From: Lachnospiraceae bacterium | GTDB taxonomy: Bacteria > Bacillota > Clostridia > Lachnospirales > Lachnospiraceae | Reading direction: 5' to 3' | NCBI GenBank assembly: GCA_031555415.1 | Contig: JAVBUL010000047.1 | Span: forward strand, 28,497 to 92,496 | Length of the DNA stretch: 64,000 nucleotides | Shown: positions 19,142-29,108 of the stretch, one piece after another | Layout of the letters: every line of letters begins with the position of its first letter | Numbering within the stretch: the stretch's first letter is position 1 | Program-made: the position numbers and the translations under genes | Notes under the pieces: generated by a model | Told to the model about the DNA's origin: nothing | The model's database searches: none | Seen by the model: the letters and a program-made list of their open reading frames with translations, nothing else

Positions 19142-19594
19142 ATGACAAAGAGTGAATTAAAAGATTTTTCTCTAAGGATTGCAGGAAGTTCCAAGACTGG
19201 ATTAGTAGTTATAACATATGATATTATTGTTAATTATATTGAGTCTTCGAAGGTGTCTTTGGAAAATGGAGATTTAGAAGGGTATCGGTTTAACTTAAAG
19301 AAGTCAAAACAATTTATTGATGATTTAGCATCAAATCTTGACATGAGATTTGAGATATCCTATAATTTGATGCAATTATATATGTATGCAAACGAATGTA
19401 TTTTAAAGGCAGGAATAGAAAAAAATACAGAAAAGTTAGATATTATAATAGAAATGATGTCAAGGCTAAAAGATAGTTTTGAAGAGGTTGCAAAATCAGA
19501 TGTATCAGGTAGAATGATGAATTCAAATGAACAAGTTTATGCAGGATTCACATATGGACCAAATAGTCAGTTAGATGAAATAACGTTGCGTTAG
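19142..19594 (+). CDS. fliS: Flagellin export chaperone FliS
   Basis: LVVITYD, LASNLD and LMQLYMY motifs; directly follows flagellin. Confidence 0.8.
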   Translation: MTKSELKDFSLRIAGSSKTGLVVITYDIIVNYIESSKVSLENGDLEGYRFNLKKSKQFIDDLASNLDMRFEISYNLMQLYMYANECILKAGIEKNTEKLDIIIEMMSRLKDSFEEVAKSDVSGRMMNSNEQVYAGFTYGPNSQLDEITLR

Positions 19595-19610
19595 GAAGGA
19601 TGTGTGATAA

Positions 19611-21530
19611 TTGGATTTTATAACTGAAGCAGACCAGTATGTGTTTGGTGAAGGTAATCATTATGAAATTTATAATAAATTAGGGGCTCATTTAAAAGAA
19701 ATAGATGGAAAAAAAGGTGTATATTTCGCTGTATGGGCTCCGAATGCAAAGAGTGTAAGTGTTGTTGGAGATTTCAACGATTGGGAGATAGATAATGGAA
19801 TAATGAAAAAAATAGGGGAATCCGGAATATGGGAGACCTTTATTTTTGATGCTAAAAAATGGGATATGTATAAATATGTTATTGAGACAAGTAGTGGAGA
19901 AGTGATTTATAAGTCAGACCCGTATGGTTTTCATTTTGAAGTGAGACCGGGAACAGCGTGTAAGGTAGTGGATATAGACAATTTTAAGTGGACTGATGGA
20001 AGATGGTTGGAAAAGCAAGAAAATTTGGAAAAAATAAATCAACCAATGTCGATTTATGAGATGCATCTAGGCTCATGGATAAAGGATTATTCAAGAGGCG
20101 AAGATGGATTTTTAGATTATAAAGCTATTGCAGATAAGCTTGTTCCATATATAAAAGAAATGGGATATACCCATGTAGAGCTTATGGGGATAGCAGAATA
20201 TCCTTATGATGGCTCTTGGGGATATCAGGTGATTGGATATTATGCCCCAACTTCAAGATATGGAGGACCTGATGAATTTATGTACTTTGTAAACAAATTG
20301 CATAAAAATAATATAGGTGTAATTCTTGATTGGGTACCGGCTCATTTTCCGAAAGATATAAGCGGTTTAGCTGAGTTTGATGGAACATGCCTTTATGAGT
20401 ACCCGGACCCAAGAAAGGGTGAGCATTCAGAATGGGGCACAAAGGTTTTTAACTATGAAAAAAATGAGGTTAAAAATTTTCTTATTGCCAATGCGCTGTT
20501 TTGGCTTGAAAAGTATCATATAGATGCTCTTAGAGTAGATGCAGTAGCATCGATGTTGTATCTTGATTATGGAAGAAATGATGGTCAATGGGTAAAGAAT
20601 AAATATGGTGATAATAAAAATCTTGAGGCAATAGAGTTTTTAAAGCATTTAAATAGTATTATAAGTAAAAGAGTAAAAAGAGCATATTTAATTGCAGAAG
20701 AATCTACAGCCTATCCAATGGTTACCGGTGAAGTTGAAAAAGGAAGCCTAGGATTTTCCTTTAAGTGGAATATGGGCTGGATGAATGATTTTTTATCCTA
20801 TATGAAGTGTGACCCACTATTTAAGAAGGGTAATCATTATATGGCTACTTTTAGCTTAAGCTATGCAAACAGTGAAAATTATATACTTGTATTATCACAT
20901 GATGAAGTAGTGCATCTAAAGTGTTCAATGATAAATAAGATGCCCGGTTTTTTGATAGATAAATTTTCAAATCTCAGAGGTGCGTACACATTTATGTTTG
21001 GACATCCTGGAAAAAAATTATTATTTATGGGACAGGATTTTGCTATGCTTAATGAATGGAGTGAGGATAATGAGCTTGATTGGTATCTGCTTAATGAGCC
21101 ACTTCATAATGATACAAAGGAATATGTTAAATCATTGCTTAAGATCTATAAAAAGTATCCTTGTCTTTATGCGTATGATACTCGAAAAGAAAGCTTTGAG
21201 TGGATAAATGAAAATGATGCAGATAGAAGTATATTTAGTTTTATAAGAAAAGACTTGGATAATCAAAAGAAATCTTTGTTATTTATTTGCAATTTTACTC
21301 CGATTGACAGAGTTGATTATTGCGTCGGTGTTTCAAAAGAAGGAACATATAAGGAAATTTTATCAAGCTATATGCTTACAACACAAGATGATACAATGGA
21401 AAGTGCTATGGAAAAAAATGGTGAGCTTGCACTCAGAAAGTTTAAGGCAGTTAAAGAAGAATGTGATAATAGACCATTTAGGCTTAATATACACTTAAGA
21501 CCATATGAGGCTGTGATTATTGCATTTTAA
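19611..21530 (+). CDS. glgB: 1,4-alpha-glucan branching enzyme
   Basis: FAVWAPNA, IYEMHLGSW, LDWVPAHF, LRVDAV, IAEES and LSHDEVVH GH13 motifs. Confidence 0.95.
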   Translation: MDFITEADQYVFGEGNHYEIYNKLGAHLKEIDGKKGVYFAVWAPNAKSVSVVGDFNDWEIDNGIMKKIGESGIWETFIFDAKKWDMYKYVIETSSGEVIYKSDPYGFHFEVRPGTACKVVDIDNFKWTDGRWLEKQENLEKINQPMSIYEMHLGSWIKDYSRGEDGFLDYKAIADKLVPYIKEMGYTHVELMGIAEYPYDGSWGYQVIGYYAPTSRYGGPDEFMYFVNKLHKNNIGVILDWVPAHFPKDISGLAEFDGTCLYEYPDPRKGEHSEWGTKVFNYEKNEVKNFLIANALFWLEKYHIDALRVDAVASMLYLDYGRNDGQWVKNKYGDNKNLEAIEFLKHLNSIISKRVKRAYLIAEESTAYPMVTGEVEKGSLGFSFKWNMGWMNDFLSYMKCDPLFKKGNHYMATFSLSYANSENYILVLSHDEVVHLKCSMINKMPGFLIDKFSNLRGAYTFMFGHPGKKLLFMGQDFAMLNEWSEDNELDWYLLNEPLHNDTKEYVKSLLKIYKKYPCLYAYDTRKESFEWINENDADRSIFSFIRKDLDNQKKSLLFICNFTPIDRVDYCVGVSKEGTYKEILSSYMLTTQDDTMESAMEKNGELALRKFKAVKEECDNRPFRLNIHLRPYEAVIIAF

Positions 21531-21537
21531 AATATAT

Positions 21538-21599
21538 TTGCAAAATATAGATAATAAATGTATAATGTTAGCGTGTGTGTTATATACATGCTAACATTT
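21538..21599 (+). promoter_or_regulatory. Sigma-A promoter with overlapping inverted repeat (operator or glgB terminator)
   Basis: TTGCAA-17-TATAAT (21538-21566); AATGTTAGC...GCTAACATT dyad. Confidence 0.6.
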
Positions 21600-21633
21600 T
21601 GTTTTAGAAACGAATTAAGAAAGGACATGCAAA

Positions 21634-23922
21634 ATGATAAAGATTAGTGAAAACGGAGCATTTTTATTAAATGGTACAGAGGTTGTTGAGTGCAATGCAG
21701 AAGCAGGAGCAATTCTCGAATCTAAAATTGGAAGAAATATAAGCAAAGAGGAAGCTGCAAAGAATACTATCGCTTATGGGATTTTAGAAAGCCACAATAC
21801 ATCAGGAAATATGGATAAGCTTATGGTTAAGTTTGATAAGCTTACATCACATGATATTACATTTGTCGGTATTATACAGACAGCAAGGGCATCAGGACTT
21901 GAGAAATTCCCGATTCCATATGTACTTACAAACTGTCACAACAGCTTATGTGCAGTTGGAGGAACAATAAATGAAGATGACCATATGTATGGTCTTACTT
22001 GTGCAAAGAAGTATGGTGGAGTTTATGTACCACCTCATCAAGCGGTTATTCATCAGTATGCAAGAGAAATGCTTGCAGGTGGCGGAAAAATGATTCTTGG
22101 TTCTGATTCACATACTCGTTATGGTGCACTTGGAACAATGGCAATGGGTGAAGGTGGACCTGAGCTTGTTAAACAACTTTTAGAGCAAACATATGATATA
22201 AATATGCCAGGAGTTGTAGGTGTCTATATGACAGGAACACCTACAAAGGGTGTAGGTCCTCAGGACGTTGCACTTGCAATTATTGGTGCAGTATTTGGAA
22301 ATGGTTATGTTAAGAATAAAGTAATGGAATTTGTTGGACCTGGTGTAGCAAACTTAAGTGCAGATTTTAGAATTGGCGTGGATGTTATGACAACAGAAAC
22401 GACATGCCTATCTTCTATTTGGAAGACTGATGAGAAGATTAAAGAATTCTACGATATTCACGGAAGAGTAGAAGATTATAAGGAATTAAATCCAGGTGAA
22501 GTGGCTTATTATGATGGTATGGTTTATGTAGATTTAAGTGCTATTAAGCCTATGATTGCAATGCCATTCCATCCAAGTAATACATATACAATTGAAGAAG
22601 TAAATGCAAATCTTATGGATATCTTAAATGATGTTGAAAAGAAAGCGTTAGTAAGCCTTGATGGAAAGGTTGATTATAAGCTTACTAATAAGGTTAGAAA
22701 CGGTAAATTGTATGTAGAACAAGGAATTATTGCGGGTTGTGCAGGTGGTGGATTCGAGAACATTTGTGATGCAGCAGATATTATAAAGGGCAGAAGCATA
22801 GGTTCGGATGAGTTTACACTTAGTGTATATCCAGCTAGTACGCCTATTTACATTGAGCTTGCAAAAAATGGAAAATTGGCTGACCTTATGGCAACAGGTG
22901 CTATTGTTAAGACAGCTTTTTGTGGTCCATGCTTTGGCGCAGGAGATACTCCTTCAAATAATGCATTCAGTATCAGACACTCAACAAGAAACTTCCCTAA
23001 CAGAGAAGGTTCTAAGCTTCAAAATGGACAAATATCATCAGTTGCACTTATGGATGCACGTTCAATTGCGGCTACAGCAGCAAATAAGGGATTCTTAACA
23101 GCAGCAACAGATATTGATGTTGAATACACATCACCAAAATATTATTTCGATAAGACAATATATGAAAACAGAATATTTGATTCAAAGGGTGTGGCAGATG
23201 ATTCTGTGGAGATTAAGTTTGGCCCTAATATTAAAGACTGGCCAGCGATGTCAGCACTTACAGATAACTTAGTGCTCAAAGTAGTAGCTGAAATACATGA
23301 TCCAGTAACAACAACAGATGAGCTTATTCCTTCAGGCGAGACATCATCATATCGTTCAAATCCTTTAGGACTTGCTGAGTTTACATTATCAAGAAAAGAC
23401 CCTGAGTACGTAGGTCGTGCAAAAGAGATTCAAAAGGCAGAGCATTCAAGATTAGAAGATAAGTGTCCATGTGATGAGCTTCCAGAACTTGGAGAAGCAA
23501 TGAAGGTTATTAAAACAAAGTTCCCTGATTTACACCATAGCCAGTTTGGAATCGGTTCAACAATCTATGCAGTAAAGCCGGGTGACGGTTCAGCCAGAGA
23601 GCAAGCAGCATCATGCCAAAAGGTTCTTGGTGGATGGGCTAATATAGCAAAAGAGTATGCTACAAAGAGATATCGTTCAAACCTTATTAACTGGGGTATG
23701 CTTCCATTTGTTTTTGAAGAGGATGAATTACCATTTGCTAATGGAGATTATATCTTCGTGCCAAACATTGCAGAAGCTGTTAGAACTAAATCAGATGCTA
23801 TTAAGGCTTATGCTGTTAAAGGCGAGGAATTAAAGGAATTTACTCTTAAATTAGGTGAGCTTACAGATGATGAAAGAGAAATCATATTAAAGGGCTGCTT
23901 GATTAATTACAATAGAAAGTAG
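21634..23922 (+). CDS. Aconitase-family hydratase (YbhJ-like)
   Basis: [40 protein letters not shown] and [10 protein letters not shown]. Confidence 0.9.
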   Translation: MIKISENGAFLLNGTEVVECNAEAGAILESKIGRNISKEEAAKNTIAYGILESHNTSGNMDKLMVKFDKLTSHDITFVGIIQTARASGLEKFPIPYVLTNCHNSLCAVGGTINEDDHMYGLTCAKKYGGVYVPPHQAVIHQYAREMLAGGGKMILGSDSHTRYGALGTMAMGEGGPELVKQLLEQTYDINMPGVVGVYMTGTPTKGVGPQDVALAIIGAVFGNGYVKNKVMEFVGPGVANLSADFRIGVDVMTTETTCLSSIWKTDEKIKEFYDIHGRVEDYKELNPGEVAYYDGMVYVDLSAIKPMIAMPFHPSNTYTIEEVNANLMDILNDVEKKALVSLDGKVDYKLTNKVRNGKLYVEQGIIAGCAGGGFENICDAADIIKGRSIGSDEFTLSVYPASTPIYIELAKNGKLADLMATGAIVKTAFCGPCFGAGDTPSNNAFSIRHSTRNFPNREGSKLQNGQISSVALMDARSIAATAANKGFLTAATDIDVEYTSPKYYFDKTIYENRIFDSKGVADDSVEIKFGPNIKDWPAMSALTDNLVLKVVAEIHDPVTTTDELIPSGETSSYRSNPLGLAEFTLSRKDPEYVGRAKEIQKAEHSRLEDKCPCDELPELGEAMKVIKTKFPDLHHSQFGIGSTIYAVKPGDGSAREQAASCQKVLGGWANIAKEYATKRYRSNLINWGMLPFVFEEDELPFANGDYIFVPNIAEAVRTKSDAIKAYAVKGEELKEFTLKLGELTDDEREIILKGCLINYNRK

Positions 23923-24008
23923 AAGATTATAAACTTTTTACTTGTTTTTATAGGAAAAGTATATTAATATATCCTATATAGATTAAAAGATTAATGGAGG
24001 AAATAAAG

Positions 24009-24176
24009 ATGGCATATACTATTTCAGACGAATGTATTATGTGTGGAGCTTGCGAAGGAGCTTGCCCAACAGAAGCTATTTCAGCAGGAGATGACAAGTA
24101 CGTTGTAGATGCTGATACATGTATCGATTGTGGTTCATGTGAAGGTGTTTGTCCTGTAGGAGCAGCACAGGCGTAA
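24009..24176 (+). CDS. 2[4Fe-4S] clostridial ferredoxin
   Basis: Two CxxCxxCxxxCP motifs; start MAYTI after GGAGG SD. Confidence 0.95.
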   Translation: MAYTISDECIMCGACEGACPTEAISAGDDKYVVDADTCIDCGSCEGVCPVGAAQA

Positions 24177-24190
24177 TAAAATTTAAGCGA

Positions 24191-24246
24191 TGAACTGCCC
24201 CCCAAAAGTTGGATTTAAAATCTGACGATTGGGGGGTATTTTTTTT
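24191..24246 (+). mobile_element. IS3-family (IS150/IS861-like) end remnant that may also act as terminator
   Basis: TGAACTGCCCCCCAAAAGTTGGA resembles recalled IS150-group termini; internal dyad CCCCCCAA...TTGGGGGG plus T-run; no transposase follows. Confidence 0.55.
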
Positions 24247-24251
24247 GCATT

Positions 24252-24285
24252 TGACTGTCATTTGATTGTCCTTGCCTATTATAAT
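24252..24285 (+). promoter_or_regulatory. Direct-repeat activator box plus -10 element
   Basis: TGACTG-N5-TGATTGTC-N9-TATAAT; same layout at 57602-57635. Confidence 0.6.
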
Positions 24286-24320
24286 AGTAAGAAAGCGTAT
24301 TATTAAGGAGGAAAAAAGAA

Positions 24321-27300
24321 ATGGCTAAAGCAAAAAAAATAGTATCATATATACTAGTTGTATGTATGTTATCAAGTGGAATACTTGTTAATCTTCCAAC
24401 TATGAATGTATTTGGTGCGGCACAAACAGAAGCAACGGTAGATAATGCACGTAAGCATGTGTATGGTAATGGTTTTCCATTATTGATAATGGAAGATGGT
24501 TTAGGTAACACGAAAATTTATCAGGATGTAAACAAAAATGATGAGTATGATGTAGGTACAGATACAGAAATTGTGGTAACAGGGAATATAAGTGAATATT
24601 GGATTTTTGGTGGTGGTAAAAATATCACTGTAGCTAGTACAAAAATCACTATGACAAGTGGTAAGGTAGGCGTCATAGTCGGAGGAGGTTATGCTAATGG
24701 TACAGGATTGGGAGATGCTAACGTAACAGGAGATATTAATATAAATATTACAAATGGAATTGCCGGAGGTATAACTGGTGGAGGATATTGCCTTTATACA
24801 GAAGATAAAGTAGATGTTGGAGGAACTATAAATATTAATATAGAGGGGAAAATGGAGTGTAGCCGACTTATAGGGGGGGCGAGTGGAAATTCTGATTCAC
24901 AAAATGTAAATAAAGTAATGCCAACTGTTCATGATATTAATATATCCATTAATAATGTTGCTAATGGAAAATTATATATTATGTATGGAAGTGGATCCAA
25001 ATGTAACCAAATAGGTAATACAAATATATCCATTAAGAATTCAAGTTTTAGTAATAATGATATTAGAAATGCAATATATGGAGGAATTGAAGGAATTGGT
25101 GAAGCTGGCTGGCTCGAAACTGAAAAACCTAAAAAGGCTGGAGATGTAAGTATTACACTTGATAATGTAACATTTGGTAGTGACAATAAATATGATGTTT
25201 ATGGTGGTGGATATCTTTCAGGCAATGATGGTAATGTAGCAATTACTATTAAGGATACCAATAATATTAAAAACATATGGGGAGCAGGTTATGCAGCACA
25301 TAATTCAGATGGTAATATCTCTAAAAATGTAACAATTAATGTTTTGGGTAATACATCTATAGGTAGTTCTATATATGCAGGTGGTCATTCAGCTGAAGGA
25401 ATCTCTGCTTACGTTAAGGAAAAAGCAAGTATAGATATAAGCGGTACGACTAGTGTATATGGCGTGCAAGGAAGTGGACAAAGTAGTTTAACTGCTGTGG
25501 ACGTATCTGTAAAGGGCGGTTCAAAAGTCTATATTTCAGGTGATCCAAGCATTGGTCTTAATTCGTCGTTGGGGATTGATCTTTCTACATTTGATGATAA
25601 TAAGGTGATTGTAAATGGAGAATTAACAGGAAGTACTGCAAAAATCGGATTAAAAAATGCTTCGGCGACTACATCAGGAACGGTCCTTGTAACATTTGGT
25701 TCTGAAATTACTGTAAACAAGAGTGTGTTTAGTTACGCTTATGCAATGGGAGTAAATGGTAATAATGTTATTATTGATAAGAGAAACCTTACTTTAAACT
25801 CAAGGGTGACGGGTATAAATGGAGTTCCTATTAGCTCAACAACGGGTAGTCTACAACCAACAGATGATTCATTTACAGGAATATCAGTTGGTGATGATAT
25901 TACATCATGGTTTTCAGATGCGATGGATTTGGGTATTACAGTTAAGGTGACCAATGTATCAGCAAGTTTATTACAATTTAGTTTTACTGGCACTCCTAAT
26001 AAATCTAAAACGAAAACATTTATAACAATAACGGTACCAAAAGAAAAGCTTTTAAGCGGAATATCAAAACAAGTTACTTCAACAGGTAATGGTTATTGGG
26101 AATTTAGAAACCCAGAAAAATATGATGTTACACACACATTAACAAATATAACATCCACAAGTGGTACGGCTGGAATCGAGAAAATAAGCGAAGGAACAGC
26201 TTATACAACAACTTTAACACCAGATTCTGGTTATAAGCTTCCAAGACAGATAGAAGTAATGGTTGGTGGAATCAAAAAATATGGATCTATATATAATAAG
26301 GCTACGGGTGAAGTGACAATACCAGGTACTTTAACGATAAATGGTGGCAATGTTGAAATTATTGCCAAAGCTGTTGAAGAAGACGCAATTGACTATTATC
26401 TAAAGTTTGATACTGATAGTAAAAAGCTTTATGATGAGGATGGAAATGAATATAAGGAACAGTTAGATAAGTGGAGTGTAGATTCAAAGGGTAATCTTGT
26501 TTTAAATGGATTTGAATTTACGACAAGTTCTAGCTATGGATTATATCTAACAAGCGATACAAAGATTATTTTAGCAAAAGATAGCGTAAATACAATAAAA
26601 TGTACAGGAGATAATTATTTCTATTCAGTAATTTATGTTGAAGAGAAGAATTCAGATAATTTTACAATTGAAGGTTCAGGCATTCTTAATTTAGAGTTAG
26701 ATGGTTCTCCGACATACGCTTATGGATTTTTAAGTGATGTTGATACATATATAAAAGATGTTACACTTAATATAAATAAAGTAGATAGCTCAAGTATTTT
26801 AAATGCATTAGGTGCATATATAGCAGGTAATCTTTTTATTACTAATTCAGACGTTTTAATAAAAATTGATGATACAGATACACTAACAGGAATAGATGTA
26901 TATGAAAATATTAATATTAATGATAGTTTAGTTGAAGTATCAACGAATGTGCAAGGAAAAGGAGTTAATTCATACTCAGGTGATATTATTATCAACTCTA
27001 ATGCAAAATTGATAATACCAGATAAAGGCATAATAGATAAAGATGGTACTAATACAACTATATTTGATGAAGACGGTAAAATTGCTAGTAATATAAAAAT
27101 TATTTCTAATACAGCAAAATATTTTGTTTCACAAGAACTTACAAATATAACAGCAGCAAAGGATTCCATAGGCACAAGAAAAGCTATTGCAGGAAGTGAT
27201 TATACAACAACACTTACAGCAGCAAAGTGTTATAAGTTGCCAAGTTCAATAACAATAAAGATTAACGGAACTGCTCTAAGTACTGGTGATTATACTTATG

Positions 27301-28196
27301 ATAGTTCAACAGGAAAAGTAAAAATTCTTGCGGCAAAGGTTACAGGAGAAGTTATAATTAAAGCATCAGGAGAAGTCATAAAAGATAATAATGATGATAA
27401 CGGAAACAATAACAATGCCGGAAATGATAACGGAAACAATAACAATGATGGCGATGATAACGGTGGCAACGATAATGGTGGAGATAATAATGGTAATAAC
27501 AATGGTAGTAACAATGGTAGTAACCATGGTAATAACAACAATGAAGATGACAATAAATCAGAATTAGGTGATGTTAAAAAAGAAATCAATAAAGATGAGA
27601 AGGCTCCAGAGATGTCACTAAATAACAAGTTAAAAGAGCTTGAGAACCTTATTTTTACGGAAGAAGAAAAAGCTTTAATTCGTAATGGTGCAAAAGCTAA
27701 GATTTATTTAGAAGTAAAAGATATTTCAAGCACAATCAGTGATGCAGATAAGGTTGCTATTCAGGAGGGTATTGCTGACTTTATAATAGGTGAATATATT
27801 GATATTTCATTGTTTAAGCGAATTGGTGGTGGTGTAGCTCAAAGAGTAAGTAATCCAAATGGGTTAATCAGTATTACTATTATAATGCCAGAGAGCTTAA
27901 GAGTAACTGATGAGTCCAAGACAAGAAACTATAAGATAGCAAGAATGCATGATGGAGAACTTACCATTATTGACGGTGTGTACGATTCTGCAACAGGAGA
28001 GTTTACATTTGAAACAGATAAATTTTCAACATATGCAATTATATATGAAGAAGTAGATGTGGTAGATTCAACAGATAACAATGGCTCAATCAAAACAGGA
28101 GATAGCTCACATTTATGGCTATGGATGCTATTAGCGGCAGGAGCTATGGGTGTTGAAATAATATCAGCATCAAGAAAAAAAGAAAAAGTTAATTAA
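24321..28196 (+). CDS. Large cell-surface adhesin-like protein with sortase-type anchor
   Basis: Signal peptide; Gly-rich xYGGG repeats; two homologous ~80-aa modules; N/G/D linker; C-terminal IKTGD + TM + basic tail. Confidence 0.8.
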   Translation: MAKAKKIVSYILVVCMLSSGILVNLPTMNVFGAAQTEATVDNARKHVYGNGFPLLIMEDGLGNTKIYQDVNKNDEYDVGTDTEIVVTGNISEYWIFGGGKNITVASTKITMTSGKVGVIVGGGYANGTGLGDANVTGDININITNGIAGGITGGGYCLYTEDKVDVGGTININIEGKMECSRLIGGASGNSDSQNVNKVMPTVHDINISINNVANGKLYIMYGSGSKCNQIGNTNISIKNSSFSNNDIRNAIYGGIEGIGEAGWLETEKPKKAGDVSITLDNVTFGSDNKYDVYGGGYLSGNDGNVAITIKDTNNIKNIWGAGYAAHNSDGNISKNVTINVLGNTSIGSSIYAGGHSAEGISAYVKEKASIDISGTTSVYGVQGSGQSSLTAVDVSVKGGSKVYISGDPSIGLNSSLGIDLSTFDDNKVIVNGELTGSTAKIGLKNASATTSGTVLVTFGSEITVNKSVFSYAYAMGVNGNNVIIDKRNLTLNSRVTGINGVPISSTTGSLQPTDDSFTGISVGDDITSWFSDAMDLGITVKVTNVSASLLQFSFTGTPNKSKTKTFITITVPKEKLLSGISKQVTSTGNGYWEFRNPEKYDVTHTLTNITSTSGTAGIEKISEGTAYTTTLTPDSGYKLPRQIEVMVGGIKKYGSIYNKATGEVTIPGTLTINGGNVEIIAKAVEEDAIDYYLKFDTDSKKLYDEDGNEYKEQLDKWSVDSKGNLVLNGFEFTTSSSYGLYLTSDTKIILAKDSVNTIKCTGDNYFYSVIYVEEKNSDNFTIEGSGILNLELDGSPTYAYGFLSDVDTYIKDVTLNINKVDSSSILNALGAYIAGNLFITNSDVLIKIDDTDTLTGIDVYENININDSLVEVSTNVQGKGVNSYSGDIIINSNAKLIIPDKGIIDKDGTNTTIFDEDGKIASNIKIISNTAKYFVSQELTNITAAKDSIGTRKAIAGSDYTTTLTAAKCYKLPSSITIKINGTALSTGDYTYDSSTGKVKILAAKVTGEVIIKASGEVIKDNNDDNGNNNNAGNDNGNNNNDGDDNGGNDNGGDNNGNNNGSNNGSNHGNNNNEDDNKSELGDVKKEINKDEKAPEMSLNNKLKELENLIFTEEEKALIRNGAKAKIYLEVKDISSTISDADKVAIQEGIADFIIGEYIDISLFKRIGGGVAQRVSNPNGLISITIIMPESLRVTDESKTRNYKIARMHDGELTIIDGVYDSATGEFTFETDKFSTYAIIYEEVDVVDSTDNNGSIKTGDSSHLWLWMLLAAGAMGVEIISASRKKEKVN
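27385..27555 (+). repeat. Asn/Gly/Asp low-complexity linker with a 30-bp tandem unit
   Basis: ATGATAACGGAAACAATAACAATG at 27394 and 27424, partial copy at 27454. Confidence 0.85.
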
Positions 28197-28217
28197 GAAT
28201 TAGCATAGGAAGTTCCA

Positions 28218-28276
28218 TAGAAAAGCTAAAGGTCAATAAGCATGCTTGCATGATGTTATTGACCTTAGTTTTTCTA
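28218..28276. terminator. Bidirectional terminator
   Basis: AAGGTCAATAA ... TTATTGACCTT dyad with flanking A/T runs between convergent genes. Confidence 0.7.
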
Positions 28277-28870
28277 TTTTCTAAAGAATTTATGCTTTTT
28301 TTTCTCTGTAGAAGCAGCAGCTTCCTTTTGACCTCTTTGATAGTTTCTCATTACCTCATCAAATCGTTTGAAGCGTTCTTCTTCACGCTCTTCCTTCATT
28401 CTAAGAAGGTAGTCCATTTCCTTTATAACTGAATCAGACACTTGGGTAGATACACGTTTTCCAAGTGAATCATTATTTTCTTCTAATGCTTTTGATACGA
28501 TATCACCTAAAAGTGCTTGAAATTGTTCCATTTTACTGGTAGCACCATTTGTTGAATGTGTTATTGCAGTCATTTCATCGGAATGAAAATTTTCACTTTG
28601 AAGTCGCATGCTTGTATTACTAATTGAATCTATAGGCTTTCCGGCCATAAGATCTGGAAGTGATAATTTTATAGCTTTTAATAAAAACCCAGAATCCTTT
28701 AGTTCCTTTACCTGTTTAAAAAGATTTATATATGTATCGGTATAATATCTATGACCCATCTCATTTCGAGGAATATCTATATCCAATTCCTCCTCCCAAT
28801 AACGAAGTACATGTGCTTCTACGTCAACTAACTTGGCTGCATCTGATATCATATATCTCTTTTCGCCCAT
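28274..28870 (-). CDS. MerR-type HTH protein with C-terminal coiled coil (RacA-like)
   Basis: YMISDAAKLVDVEAHVLRYWEEEL...RNEMGHRYY HTH; charged coiled-coil tail. Confidence 0.75.
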   Translation of the reverse strand: MGEKRYMISDAAKLVDVEAHVLRYWEEELDIDIPRNEMGHRYYTDTYINLFKQVKELKDSGFLLKAIKLSLPDLMAGKPIDSISNTSMRLQSENFHSDEMTAITHSTNGATSKMEQFQALLGDIVSKALEENNDSLGKRVSTQVSDSVIKEMDYLLRMKEEREEERFKRFDEVMRNYQRGQKEAAASTEKKKHKFFRK

Positions 28871-28996
28871 TTACGTTCCTCCTTGTAAAAAACTTGTTTG
28901 TGCAATTAAAAAAATAGCCCTGAAAAATATAATATCAAATGAGTTCGAAAAAACAAGAGGAAAAGCGTTAAAAAATCAAGTATTTTCAATGTTTGT

Positions 28997-29003
28997 TGTC
29001 GAA
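28997..29003 (+). promoter_or_regulatory. Putative Spo0A box (TGTCGAA)
   Basis: Consensus match between the divergent RacA-like and spmB genes. Confidence 0.45.
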
Positions 29004-29108
29004 AAAAGCAAGATAATGTTTGTTAATACATATATGTAAAAATCAATTAATGAATAAAACGACGGTCCAAAGAATAAGCTATGAATAAAGACCTAGGAGT
29101 TTGTGTAA

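Noticed and set aside
23948-24511. Antisense ORFs over the ferredoxin and adhesin start
   Set aside because: Shadow frames of well-supported genes with no SD or motifs; the same applies to most short antisense ORFs in the track.
27296-27628. Leu/Pro/Ser-rich antisense ORF
   Set aside because: It is the reverse complement of the Asn/Gly/Asp linker.
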